From NCBI GenBank assembly GCA_019358935.1, contig JAHHIK010000002.1:96001-160000 (forward strand): a stretch of 64,000 nt of DNA. Reading direction: 5' to 3'. Of the stretch, positions 50,504 through 59,427 are shown piece by piece. The position numbers and the translations under genes were made by a program. Source of the stretch: Tolypothrix carrinoi HA7290-LM1. Its GTDB lineage: Bacteria; Cyanobacteriota; Cyanobacteriia; Cyanobacteriales; Nostocaceae. Under the pieces are notes generated by a model that ran no database searches, was not told the DNA's origin, and saw only the letters and a program-made list of their open reading frames with translations. How positions within the stretch are numbered: the stretch's first letter is position 1; each line of letters begins with the position of its first letter.

Positions 50504-50520
50504 TTAGCGTGCGTAATATT
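50504..50520. promoter_or_regulatory. Putative MarR autoregulatory operator
   Basis: TTAGCGTGCGTAATATT, 12 nt upstream of the marR ATG. Confidence 0.7.
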
Positions 50521-50574
50521 ATTCTAACCAGATAAACCTGTTTTTAGCAACAGCTGCTCTAAGGAGACTTTCTT

Positions 50575-50750
50575 GACAAGGAAGACAAGGAGGACAAGGA
50601 GGACAAGGAGGACAAGGAGGAGATGGTGAATTTTCTCCCTTGTCTCCCTTGTCTCCCCCCTCTCCCCATCTCCCACTCCCCCCATCTCCCACTCCCCCCA
50701 TCTCCCCATCCCCCCCTCCCCCACTCCCCACTCCCTACTCCCCACTCCCC
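50575..50750. repeat. GACAAGGAG and CCCCA[C/T]-type tandem repeats
   Basis: Directly visible. Confidence 0.9.
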
Positions 50751-52402
50751 AATTGAATCAACTGGTAATCTTGCACAGTACCAAGAACTCGATGAGGAGT
50801 GGATATCGGCTGTTTAGCAGATATCCAAGCGTAGCTAGAAGGTGGAAGTTCAGAGACTTGTTGTACCTGCTTACCGTGGTGGGGAGTGTAGAAATTGAGG
50901 AGTACACCAGTTTTACCGCCTACTTGGACAAAGTTGATAGGATTAGTTTGGAGGATTTCGGCGATCGCTTTTTGTGCCAAGAAAGCTCTAACATCAGGAT
51001 TATAATCGCCAATAAAGCCGTTAAAACCAGCCACCGCCAAAGCCAACCAAGCCGGAATCAACCACCCCGCTATCCAGTAACGTGCTGTGAGAAACTTTTG
51101 ACCAAAGCGATAACGACCGATCCACACTAAAGGTAAAATTAACCAACCCAACCCCAAAGCCAAAACGACAGTTGCATACTTACGAATTTCCGCACCACCC
51201 ACAGCCAAACCAACTACACCTGCTAGCACGAGTAAAAGACCCAATCCACCAAAAGCGTAGCTAAGATTTCCGACAAGTTTCAGATGGGAAGATGAGGAAA
51301 TTAATTTGTCTCCCCCCACTCCCCCACTCCTTGTCTCCCCCACTCCTCTTATCCGTTTGCTAAAAATTCCGCCAAGCCAGTCTAACCCGACAGATGCAAG
51401 TAAAGCGATAAAGGGATAAAGAGCAAGACTATAATGAGGTAGACGAGTAGAGAAAATACTAAGTTCAGCAAATAAGACTAGGGGAAAGCCAACTAATATC
51501 AGTTGGTAGCGAGGAAGAGGACGACGCACTAATAAAACTAAACCTAAAAGGGCAAAGAAAAACCAAGGAAAAGCTTTTGCGGGAACATTCCAGAAATAAA
51601 ATAGTATTCCATGATCGCCTCTATCATTCGACCCCAAACGAAAAACAAAGCGGAATAATTGCTCAAAACTATTATTACCAAAGCGCTGCGAACTTAACCA
51701 AATCCAACTCAAGGTAGGAATTAAACCGACTGCAAACCCTAAATAAAACATTGGGTTGCTAAGATGACGATGGCGGCGATGTTGTCCAATCAGGTAAGGT
51801 AATAAAGCTACAATTGGCAAAAAAATCATAAAGCTTCTGACTAGAAAGCCTAAACCGAAACTCAAACCGGCAAGAAAGCGATAAAAAGAGCGATATTTGG
51901 GATGTAATTCCGCTTTGAGAAAAGACCAAATAGCTAAAAGTACCAGACAAATCATTGGTACATCAGGCGTACCTAATCGACAATATTGTAACCAGAGAAA
52001 TTCTACACTCAAAATTGCCGCAGCAAGCCAACCAAGTTTTTTACTAAATATAATTTTACCGATTTCATATAAAAGGAGTATGCTAAAAATTCCGGCGATC
52101 GCGCCATTGAGTCGCACGCTAGCTTCACTTATACCAAACAGCTTGTAGGAACTGGCAATCATCCAATAAGGACCTGGTGTTTTATGATGCGGTTCTGACC
52201 AAGGATTTATCCAATCACCAGACTCAAACATCACACGCGATCGCCAAGCATAAAGTCCTTCATCATGAGCCATCAAGCTATTATTTCCAGAATTAAATAG
52301 CAACAATGGCAGTATCCATACCAACAAACTGATGTAAGGAAATCCTCCCCAAAGATGAATTCGTTGCCAAAGCAAATAAAAATTCTTTATTTGATATTTC
52401 AT
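50735..52402 (-). CDS. ArnT/PMT-like (GT-C) membrane glycosyltransferase
   Basis: HDEGLYA, HKTPGPYW and FGISEASVRL motifs; multiple TM helices. Confidence 0.85.
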   Translation of the reverse strand: MKYQIKNFYLLWQRIHLWGGFPYISLLVWILPLLLFNSGNNSLMAHDEGLYAWRSRVMFESGDWINPWSEPHHKTPGPYWMIASSYKLFGISEASVRLNGAIAGIFSILLLYEIGKIIFSKKLGWLAAAILSVEFLWLQYCRLGTPDVPMICLVLLAIWSFLKAELHPKYRSFYRFLAGLSFGLGFLVRSFMIFLPIVALLPYLIGQHRRHRHLSNPMFYLGFAVGLIPTLSWIWLSSQRFGNNSFEQLFRFVFRLGSNDRGDHGILFYFWNVPAKAFPWFFFALLGLVLLVRRPLPRYQLILVGFPLVLFAELSIFSTRLPHYSLALYPFIALLASVGLDWLGGIFSKRIRGVGETRSGGVGGDKLISSSSHLKLVGNLSYAFGGLGLLLVLAGVVGLAVGGAEIRKYATVVLALGLGWLILPLVWIGRYRFGQKFLTARYWIAGWLIPAWLALAVAGFNGFIGDYNPDVRAFLAQKAIAEILQTNPINFVQVGGKTGVLLNFYTPHHGKQVQQVSELPPSSYAWISAKQPISTPHRVLGTVQDYQLIQLGSGE

Positions 52403-52557
52403 TGAATTACAAATAATTTAACTTTGCTAAATTGAAAAAGCTGTTAATTATTTCTCTCTATTTATAGAATATGTAAGGTTGTATACAACTATTCTGCATC
52501 AAATACTACCTGAAATTTACACTATTTTGGGAATAAGTTCTCGTTCAACAGGGATTT

Positions 52558-53202
52558 ATGCCACTAAAACCAAATCAACGCATCAAGCTAGATGATACAG
52601 ACGACAAGCTGTTTTACGACTATCCCCGCTTCGTCACTCATGTGGACGAAGGCTTTATTCAACAGCTAACCGATTTATATCGTCAGCGACTAAAACCGGA
52701 TATGCGTATCTTTGATATGATGAGCAGTTGGGTATCTCATCTGCCAGAAGAGATGCAATTTGCCCATGTTGAAGGACACGGACTCAACGCTGAAGAACTT
52801 GCACGCAACCCGCGCTTAGATCATTACTTTGTGCAAGACCTCAATGCCAATCCTCAGTTACCCTTGAAGGATGAAGATTTTGATGCAGTACTCAATTGCG
52901 TTTCCGTACAGTATTTGCAATATCCAGAGGCTGTATTTTCTGAAATTCACCGCATCCTCAAACCTGGTGGTATCGCTATCTTCAGCTTTTCTAACCGGAT
53001 GTTTTATCAAAAAGCGATCCAAGCATGGCGGGAGGGTTCAGAAGCAAGTCGAGTTGAATTAGTTAAAAGCTATTTCTCCTCGGTTCATGGATTTACTACT
53101 CCAGAAGTAATTACCCGTCAATCAACGGTTCCAAATATTTTGCAATGGTTGGGTGCGGGCGGGGGAGATCCGTTTTATGCTGTTATAGCTTCCCGGAGTT
53201 AG
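52558..53202 (+). CDS. Class I SAM-dependent methyltransferase
   Basis: FYDYPRFVTHVD, DMMSSWVSHLP and RILKPGG motifs. Confidence 0.9.
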   Translation: MPLKPNQRIKLDDTDDKLFYDYPRFVTHVDEGFIQQLTDLYRQRLKPDMRIFDMMSSWVSHLPEEMQFAHVEGHGLNAEELARNPRLDHYFVQDLNANPQLPLKDEDFDAVLNCVSVQYLQYPEAVFSEIHRILKPGGIAIFSFSNRMFYQKAIQAWREGSEASRVELVKSYFSSVHGFTTPEVITRQSTVPNILQWLGAGGGDPFYAVIASRS

Positions 53203-53317
53203 GGAATGGGTAATGGGGAATGGGTAATGGGGCATGGAAAATGGGGAGTGGGAAAGAACACCTTACCAATTACCAATTACCAATTCCCAATTACCAATTA
53301 CCAATTCCCAATTCCCC
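53202..53317. repeat. Inverted STRR tracts
   Basis: GGGAAT/GGTAAT units followed by TTACCAA/TTCCCAA units. Confidence 0.85.
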
Positions 53318-53424
53318 GAAAAATGTGATTCGAGATACTAAACCTTATCAAAAAGTAAATTTTCTGGGTGAATCTCACACAAGCGCTGATAATTGCCTCA
53401 AAGAAGCATAAGGAGAAACCAAAT

Positions 53425-53934
53425 ATGATTGGACGCCGTGGACATAGGATTTTAGTGGCTTTGTTGCTTTCAGTGTTACTACTGACAACAGCTTGCGCTC
53501 CAAAGACACCAGGTCAATTTGACCAAGTGCAAAAAGAAAGTACCCAAAAGAAAAGCGGTCAAGCAGTTGCTAAGAATGCAACTCAAGGTAGCGAATTTAA
53601 CAAACTTTTCCCTGCGGAACAAGATGGGTATCAACGTGTATTTACCCAAGAGAAAAAAGGCTTTGCAGAAGCGAACTTGAAAAAAGGTGGCAAAGTAATG
53701 GCGCAACTGGCTGTTTCTGACACTACCAGCACCCCAAGTGCAGCCGCAAAATACTCTAGTAGTACCAAAAAAATTGGCGGCTATCCGGCAGTGACACTTG
53801 GCAATACTCAAACTTCGGTTTTGGTAGGTAAGTACCAAGTGAAAGTGATTTCCAAAGATCCGTCATTTACAGCAAGCGATCGCGAAGATTGGATAGAGAA
53901 ATTTAATCTAAGCGGTCTAGCGCAATTGAAATAA
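53425..53934 (+). CDS. Hypothetical lipoprotein
   Basis: AAGGAG RBS; signal peptide with lipobox LTTAC. Confidence 0.75.
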   Translation: MIGRRGHRILVALLLSVLLLTTACAPKTPGQFDQVQKESTQKKSGQAVAKNATQGSEFNKLFPAEQDGYQRVFTQEKKGFAEANLKKGGKVMAQLAVSDTTSTPSAAAKYSSSTKKIGGYPAVTLGNTQTSVLVGKYQVKVISKDPSFTASDREDWIEKFNLSGLAQLK

Positions 53935-53988
53935 ACTTCACTACTGCGATTTAAATAAAACACGCTATCTAAGGAGATTTTCGGAACC

Positions 53989-54876
53989 GTGAGCAAACCA
54001 ATTTTTGAGTTAGTTGACGAATTGCCAACCGGTGGCTTGACTGTTTCTCTGTTGAATTCCCTTGATTTTGTTGCTCCTGGTCAATGGCATAATGTGGTAG
54101 GTTTTGTCAACACCATTAAGACTGTTACCGGCGAAACTGACGAAGACCTAATTCAGCAAATTGGCGAGAGAGCAATTTATCTTTACAATGATCGCTCTCA
54201 AGGATACCAAAGAGCTATGTGGCTGTACCAAACAGTTGATGGTACAGATAAAGCGCTTGGTGCAGCAGCTTTAGCGAATAAAGTAGGTGAGTCGATTCCG
54301 TTATTGGGTTTCTTGAATAAAGTTACTCCCAAACCAGACAAAGCTCAAACCATTGACTTAGCACTAAAATTAGTTACTGAGTTAGTAGCTTTTTGTCAAA
54401 TCAACGGTATCCCCGGAGATAGTATCGGCGATTTTGTCGCTTCTTTGGGTGAATATAGCGGTGAGTCCCTGATTCGCATGGTAGCGTTAGTTTGCGTTGA
54501 TGGTTTGATACCCTTGGGTCCCGACTTCATCAACAAAGCGTTATCTAGCATTAATCAAACCAGTCCACAAGACTTAGAGCAAAACTCGACTTTTAAGAAC
54601 ATCCAAGATTCGATTCCCGGTAATAATTCTAGTAGCAAACTCAACTTTATCGGCGAAAGCTTCGATTCAGTCAAAGGCTGGATGGGTAATCTCGTCGCGT
54701 CGAATAATTTAACGCCACAGAAAGTTGTGAATAATTTGCAAAACTTTACGCAGATTGCTGACGATAAGTTAGATTATTTAGCGGCGTTTCTGGATGTGAG
54801 TACAAATTACTACGAACACACAGGTACGCAAACTTTGGCGCGTCGCTTGATTGAACGAGCATTAGCTGAAATTTAG
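53989..54876 (+). CDS. Hypothetical protein
   Basis: 295-aa ORF, GTG start, AAGGAG RBS. Confidence 0.75.
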   Translation: MSKPIFELVDELPTGGLTVSLLNSLDFVAPGQWHNVVGFVNTIKTVTGETDEDLIQQIGERAIYLYNDRSQGYQRAMWLYQTVDGTDKALGAAALANKVGESIPLLGFLNKVTPKPDKAQTIDLALKLVTELVAFCQINGIPGDSIGDFVASLGEYSGESLIRMVALVCVDGLIPLGPDFINKALSSINQTSPQDLEQNSTFKNIQDSIPGNNSSSKLNFIGESFDSVKGWMGNLVASNNLTPQKVVNNLQNFTQIADDKLDYLAAFLDVSTNYYEHTGTQTLARRLIERALAEI

Positions 54877-54899
54877 ATTCATGACTAATGGTTAATACA

Positions 54900-54932
54900 A
54901 GATCCCCGACTTTTTGGAAAAGTCGGGGATCT
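54900..54932. terminator. Hairpin between convergent genes
   Basis: AGATCCCCGACTTTT...AAAAGTCGGGGATCT. Confidence 0.65.
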
Positions 54933-54996
54933 GAGTGTTTTTAGTCATCAGCTATTAACTTTCATTGCGATGCCTGCTTAGGGCAAAGCGATCGCT

Positions 54997-55752
54997 TTAT
55001 TTTGGCAAACGCAAATCTGCGACAATTGCACTCAGATAAGATTCAATCAATTCAAAATTTTCGACTTTCTCAAACTTACCTGTTTTTGCTGCCGGGTCAA
55101 AAGCAGTATGAATGACGTAAAGTGAAGCACCGTCAAAAGCAACATAACCGAGATTTTGCTCGTAGACCTTACCACCTTGTTGAATTCCTGTAAAAGCGTA
55201 GCGCATCCCGTGAAGCATCCCAAAGGGAACTTGTTGCGGTGGTTGAGGTGAAAAAGAAATGCGATCGCCATATGCACTTCTTAGGTCTTTTGATAATACA
55301 GCGTAATGGTCTGCAACCCAAGCATTAAGTGCTGTCAATACCTGCGTTTGGTAGTTGGGACTTTGTAAATCCACTTTTGCCCCAGGTGGAATACCAGCAG
55401 CTACCAGCATTTTTTGGAAATTCGGTTGATTTGCCAATGGGTAAACTTGCATCTCAACTGTACCCAAAACTTTTCCTTGGGAAGAGACACACAACAACGG
55501 TGCATTTCCTTCACAAGGTGCTACCTTCCAACCTGGTGGAGTAGCAGTTTTCCCCAGAACACTCTTCCAGATATTTCCTTCAGTAGGTTTGGATGCTGAG
55601 TTAGTTTGAGTCAGTGTTGCAACCGGCTGGGGTTGTCGAACTGGATTTGTCTGCAATTTGTTAGTGGAAGAATTGGGGTGAACAAATTTGAATACTATCG
55701 GTGTTAATATCAGCAAAATCAAACCAATCAGAAGATGATAAACTCGCAGCAT
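54997..55752 (-). CDS. Hypothetical membrane-anchored or secreted protein
   Basis: N-terminal hydrophobic helix; Cys pair in VAPCEGNAPLLCV. Confidence 0.7.
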   Translation of the reverse strand: MLRVYHLLIGLILLILTPIVFKFVHPNSSTNKLQTNPVRQPQPVATLTQTNSASKPTEGNIWKSVLGKTATPPGWKVAPCEGNAPLLCVSSQGKVLGTVEMQVYPLANQPNFQKMLVAAGIPPGAKVDLQSPNYQTQVLTALNAWVADHYAVLSKDLRSAYGDRISFSPQPPQQVPFGMLHGMRYAFTGIQQGGKVYEQNLGYVAFDGASLYVIHTAFDPAAKTGKFEKVENFELIESYLSAIVADLRLPK

Positions 55753-55959
55753 TTTTCCAGAAAATCCATAGTGGCAAACTGACGTTATCCGTAAAACTTT
55801 GCGATTATAGCAAAAGATACATTGATATTAGGTTAATTTATGCAAAATCCGCGATCGCCCTTCAACATTTGCTTTTCAAAACGATCGCGCTCATTCAGAT
55901 AGACATGAATAGCGGCGTAAACTGTTTTGGTTTGCGAGAACTAAACTTCTGATGCTCCT

Positions 55960-56433
55960 ATGAGTGAAACTGTTTATATCGAAACTAGTATCTTGGGCTA
56001 CCTCACAGCCAGATCCACCAAAAACTTAGTTCTCGCCGCTAACATTGAAGTGACGAAGGATTGGTGGCAATTACGCCGCAATGACTTTACGCTCTACATC
56101 TCACAGACGGTTTTGGATGAGGTAGCGCAGGGAGATGCAGAAATTGCTGCTCAACGGCTTGAGGTAGTACGCGGCTTACCATTACTTGAATTGAATCAAG
56201 CCGTCAAAAAGTTGGCAAAACAATTTTTGATAAAAACTAATCTTCCACCCAAAGCTTCTGATGACGCGGTTCATATCGCAGCGGCGACCGTTCACGGGAT
56301 GAATTACCTGCTAACGTGGAATTGTAAGCACATTGCAAACGCTCAGATTCAGAAAAAGCTCTCGCAGATTAGTCTTGAGTTTGGATACCAGTTACCAACG
56401 ATCTGTACGCCTTATGAGTTAATGGGGTATTAA
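55960..56433 (+). CDS. VapC-like PIN-domain protein
   Basis: VYIETSILGYL, DAVHIAAA and LLTWNCKHIAN motifs. Confidence 0.88.
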   Translation: MSETVYIETSILGYLTARSTKNLVLAANIEVTKDWWQLRRNDFTLYISQTVLDEVAQGDAEIAAQRLEVVRGLPLLELNQAVKKLAKQFLIKTNLPPKASDDAVHIAAATVHGMNYLLTWNCKHIANAQIQKKLSQISLEFGYQLPTICTPYELMGY

Positions 56434-56436
56434 ATC

Positions 56437-56658
56437 ATGTGGTCAGACGAAATTCTCGAAGAACTCCATCGAATTCGCGAAGAACACGCGAAATTATTTA
56501 ATTACGACTTAGATGCCATGTTTGCGGATTGGCAGCAAAAGCAAGCTGCAAGTGGTCGAGAGATTGTGACATTATCGCTGCATCAGCAGGACAACAAATC
56601 GTTGGAGCCGAAAGGACAAGAACTATCTGTTGAGAACCAGAGGCTACGCGATACCTAA
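56437..56658 (+). CDS. Small partner of the PIN protein (putative antitoxin)
   Basis: MWSDEILEELHRIREEHAKLFNYDL; starts 3 nt after the PIN gene stop. Confidence 0.65.
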   Translation: MWSDEILEELHRIREEHAKLFNYDLDAMFADWQQKQAASGREIVTLSLHQQDNKSLEPKGQELSVENQRLRDT

Positions 56659-57055
56659 AAATAGTAAAAAGCTGAGTCGCTTTGCGACACCAAGGCGAAC
56701 GCGCTTCGCCCTACACCACAATCCCTAAAATATGCGATCGCTTCAAAGCGGGCGCTCCGCGCCATCGCACAACTGGCAGCGTGAATAAAACGCACGCGCT
56801 CATAGCGCGATCGCTTTATACTTTTGGACGTTTACCTCGTTCTAAAGCTTTTGACGATCAAGGCTTTTGTAGGATTTCAATAATTTTAGCGATCGCGCTA
56901 TGAACGTTTTTTCGTCCTTTAGCTTTGCTATGAGTCGAATAACATTACTTTTGTCAGCAACTTTCAGCTTGAGTCAAAATCTGATTAGAGCTAGTTGAAA
57001 TGCTTCTGGGTGGAAGTGATGAGATTAGCAAGCCCTCTTCGAGTCGTAACAGGAA

Positions 57056-57649
57056 ATGAGCAAAATGAATCCGCTGACCTTAAAGATTATTTTCACAATT
57101 GGGATTGTGTTGTGGTTAATAATTCGGATTCCCTATCAGCGAGAACAGCAGAGAAACACGATTGTTGATGACCGAAAAACCACTTGGGAAAAGGTAATTC
57201 GCTTCCTGGTATTAGTTGGGATACTGTTTGTGCCCTTGATTTATGTTTTATCCCCTCACTTAAACTTTGCGAACTATCGTCTACCAATCTGGGCAAATGG
57301 ATTAGGGGTCGTTACCTTTGCGATCGCGCTTTGGCTATTCTGGCGTACTCATCATGACCTTGGCAAAAATTGGTCGCCAACGCTGCAAATTCGAGAAGGG
57401 CACACATTAATGACTAATGGCGTTTATCACAGCATTCGTCACCCGATGTATACCTCAGTCCTGTTATTGTGCATCGCACAAGCGTTATTACTTACGAACT
57501 GGATTGCTGGACTGGCTGGACTCATCTGTTTCAGCATTGCCTATGCGACACGAATCGACAAAGAAGAACAGATGTTGCTCGATCAATTCGGTGATGAGTA
57601 TGAAGCTTACAGGCAACGTACAAAACGATTAGTGCCGTATCTGTTCTAA
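57056..57649 (+). CDS. Isoprenylcysteine carboxyl methyltransferase-family (ICMT/Ste14) membrane protein
   Basis: LGKNWS, GVYHSIRHPMY and EEQMLLDQFGDEYEAY motifs. Confidence 0.9.
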   Translation: MSKMNPLTLKIIFTIGIVLWLIIRIPYQREQQRNTIVDDRKTTWEKVIRFLVLVGILFVPLIYVLSPHLNFANYRLPIWANGLGVVTFAIALWLFWRTHHDLGKNWSPTLQIREGHTLMTNGVYHSIRHPMYTSVLLLCIAQALLLTNWIAGLAGLICFSIAYATRIDKEEQMLLDQFGDEYEAYRQRTKRLVPYLF

Positions 57650-57690
57650 AGCGAGTGTTGTCTGTTGAGATACAGTTACAGGTTGGCGGC

Positions 57691-57890
57691 TTGAAGAAAG
57701 GCAGAGGGCAGGAGGCAGCTATGCTGAAGGAGCAATCGGATGGGGATTCAAACCCCAACCGATTGAATCCACCGTGTAGACGGTGGGGTTTTATACCCAG
57801 TTGGCTCCAGCCAGAAGGCTGAATCAAAGACATAATTTATACCTTATGCCCTCTGCCCTCTGCCTTCTGCCTTCCGCCGAAGGCGGATAA
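57691..57890 (-). mobile_element. Dispersed 200-bp element, copy C (inverted)
   Basis: Reverse complement of 37091-37290 with few substitutions. Confidence 0.9.
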
Positions 57891-57968
57891 CAATTCGGTT
57901 GGAGCGGACTGCCAAACGCCCCTGGTGTAGATGGAAAGCTTACTGCCGCTCCAAGCGCACCGTTATCT
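57885..57968 (+). other. attC-like hairpin
   Basis: GATAAC-spacer-TTGGAGCGG...CCGCTCCAA-spacer-GTTATC. Confidence 0.45.
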
Positions 57969-58083
57969 AAAGGCTACGCGATACCTAAGAAGAGCGCGAA
58001 CGCTGTACGCGGTACGGGAAGCTTTCCTGCGGTTCCCTACGGGTATGCGCTTCGCCCTACACACAATCCCTAAAATATGCGAT

Positions 58084-58800
58084 TTAGTGTAAACCTGCTT
58101 AACAGTGTTTCTAAGCCTTACAGTCTTCAGATCGAGTAAGCTGTACGTATATTTATCATCCTCTTTGCTTTGTAAGGTTGCAATGATTTTCTCAGTCTTG
58201 CGCTTGCCTCTACGTTGACCGTACAGACGTGCGGCAAAACTAGTAATGATTGCTACTAAATCTTCCATCAGTTCATCACGTCCGTTTTCCGATTCGTTGA
58301 CTATCTCTAAAGTCACATCACAACGGTTTAGTAAAACGTCAATGTAATGTGTACCGAAACGTCCCAAACGGTCTTTATGCTCAACTATTAAAAATTGGTA
58401 ATCATCCTGTTTTAAGAGGCGCTCTAGCTTCTTGCGGTTATCGTTCAACCCGCTCCCTACCTCTTTTACAATGTGTTGAACTTGATAACCCTTTGCTGTA
58501 GCGTATTGGGTTAACCGTTCGGCTTGTCTATCTAAATTGTCTTTGTTTTCTCCACTGGAAACTATGAGCGTAAATAGCCGCTTTATTTGCTGCGCCAAGA
58601 GCGGTTCTTGGGTCGTAATCTACAATTACTGTTCCAGAGTCGAGCTGTCTTGTCGGGTAAGGAATTTTACCAGCCTTAAAATGTCTCCATGCAGTCTGGT
58701 AAGAAATTCCCAATTCCTTCGCGTAGTCTGCTAGCTTCATGTCAGGTTCATCAATGAATCTGAAGATACATGACTATATTAGACTATATTTCAGGTAAAG
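58084..58800 (-). mobile_element. IS607-family remnant: frameshifted tnpA (about 58150-58740), no tnpB; boundaries approximate
   Basis: MerR-like HTH MKLADYAKELGISYQTAWR...AAIYA, then a frame change near 58563-58566 to VSSGENKDNLDRQ...EVGSGLNDNRKKL...EHKDRLGRFG...FAARLYG; GACTATATT direct repeats upstream. Confidence 0.85.
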
Positions 58801-58937
58801 ATTTTCCATACTTTACTTGAGCGAATCATAAAATATTAAAATCGGAACTGAGAATAAACTCAGCCCCGATAAAAAAGCGGGCTAACCGCTAGTAAACCTG
58901 GTTAACCCGTGCAGCTTTGGGAACGCGCAGAGAAATA

Positions 58938-59288
58938 TTATTGCAATACCAACTTAACGTTGGCATTTTGCAGACCGCGCTGTTTCACTTCAGCCAAGGT
59001 TTTGTTAACGGCATACTTTTGGTTGATCGAGTTGATCAACTCGGTCTGATTGTGCTTCTTAGCAACGCCCCACAGGTCAGCAATTAGGTCAAAGGAACCG
59101 TCGCTGTTGCGAGACCAACCTAAATCATATTCGCCTTCCAACACGGCAACGATGTCAGAACGAACACGTTGACCGTTGTAACCACGAACATCAGCTTCTG
59201 TCTTTGTGCTGATACCCAGGTCCCGTAAGGAAGCTTTGAGGATTTCAGCGTCGGTGATTTTGGTACGGAGAGTGCTAAAATGAGACAT
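58938..59288 (-). CDS. DUF1257/Ycf35-family protein
   Basis: MSHFSTLRTKI...FDLIADLW; follows ycf46. Confidence 0.85.
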   Translation of the reverse strand: MSHFSTLRTKITDAEILKASLRDLGISTKTEADVRGYNGQRVRSDIVAVLEGEYDLGWSRNSDGSFDLIADLWGVAKKHNQTELINSINQKYAVNKTLAEVKQRGLQNANVKLVLQ

Positions 59289-59427
59289 TTGGGTTTCCTC
59301 CAGAGAGAAGATTGGGAAAAACGACAACGGTTTGTTTTAGGCACAGCCGCGCATATCAGGACGCGGCTTTTTTCTTAACTGCTAGCTTTGAGCTAGCCTT
59401 TGCCCCCGTGTTAGCAGGGGAAAGCTT

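Noticed and set aside
58560..58570. Programmed frameshift in IS607 tnpA
   Set aside because: No slippery run, and the lesion removes the conserved Arg of YARVS
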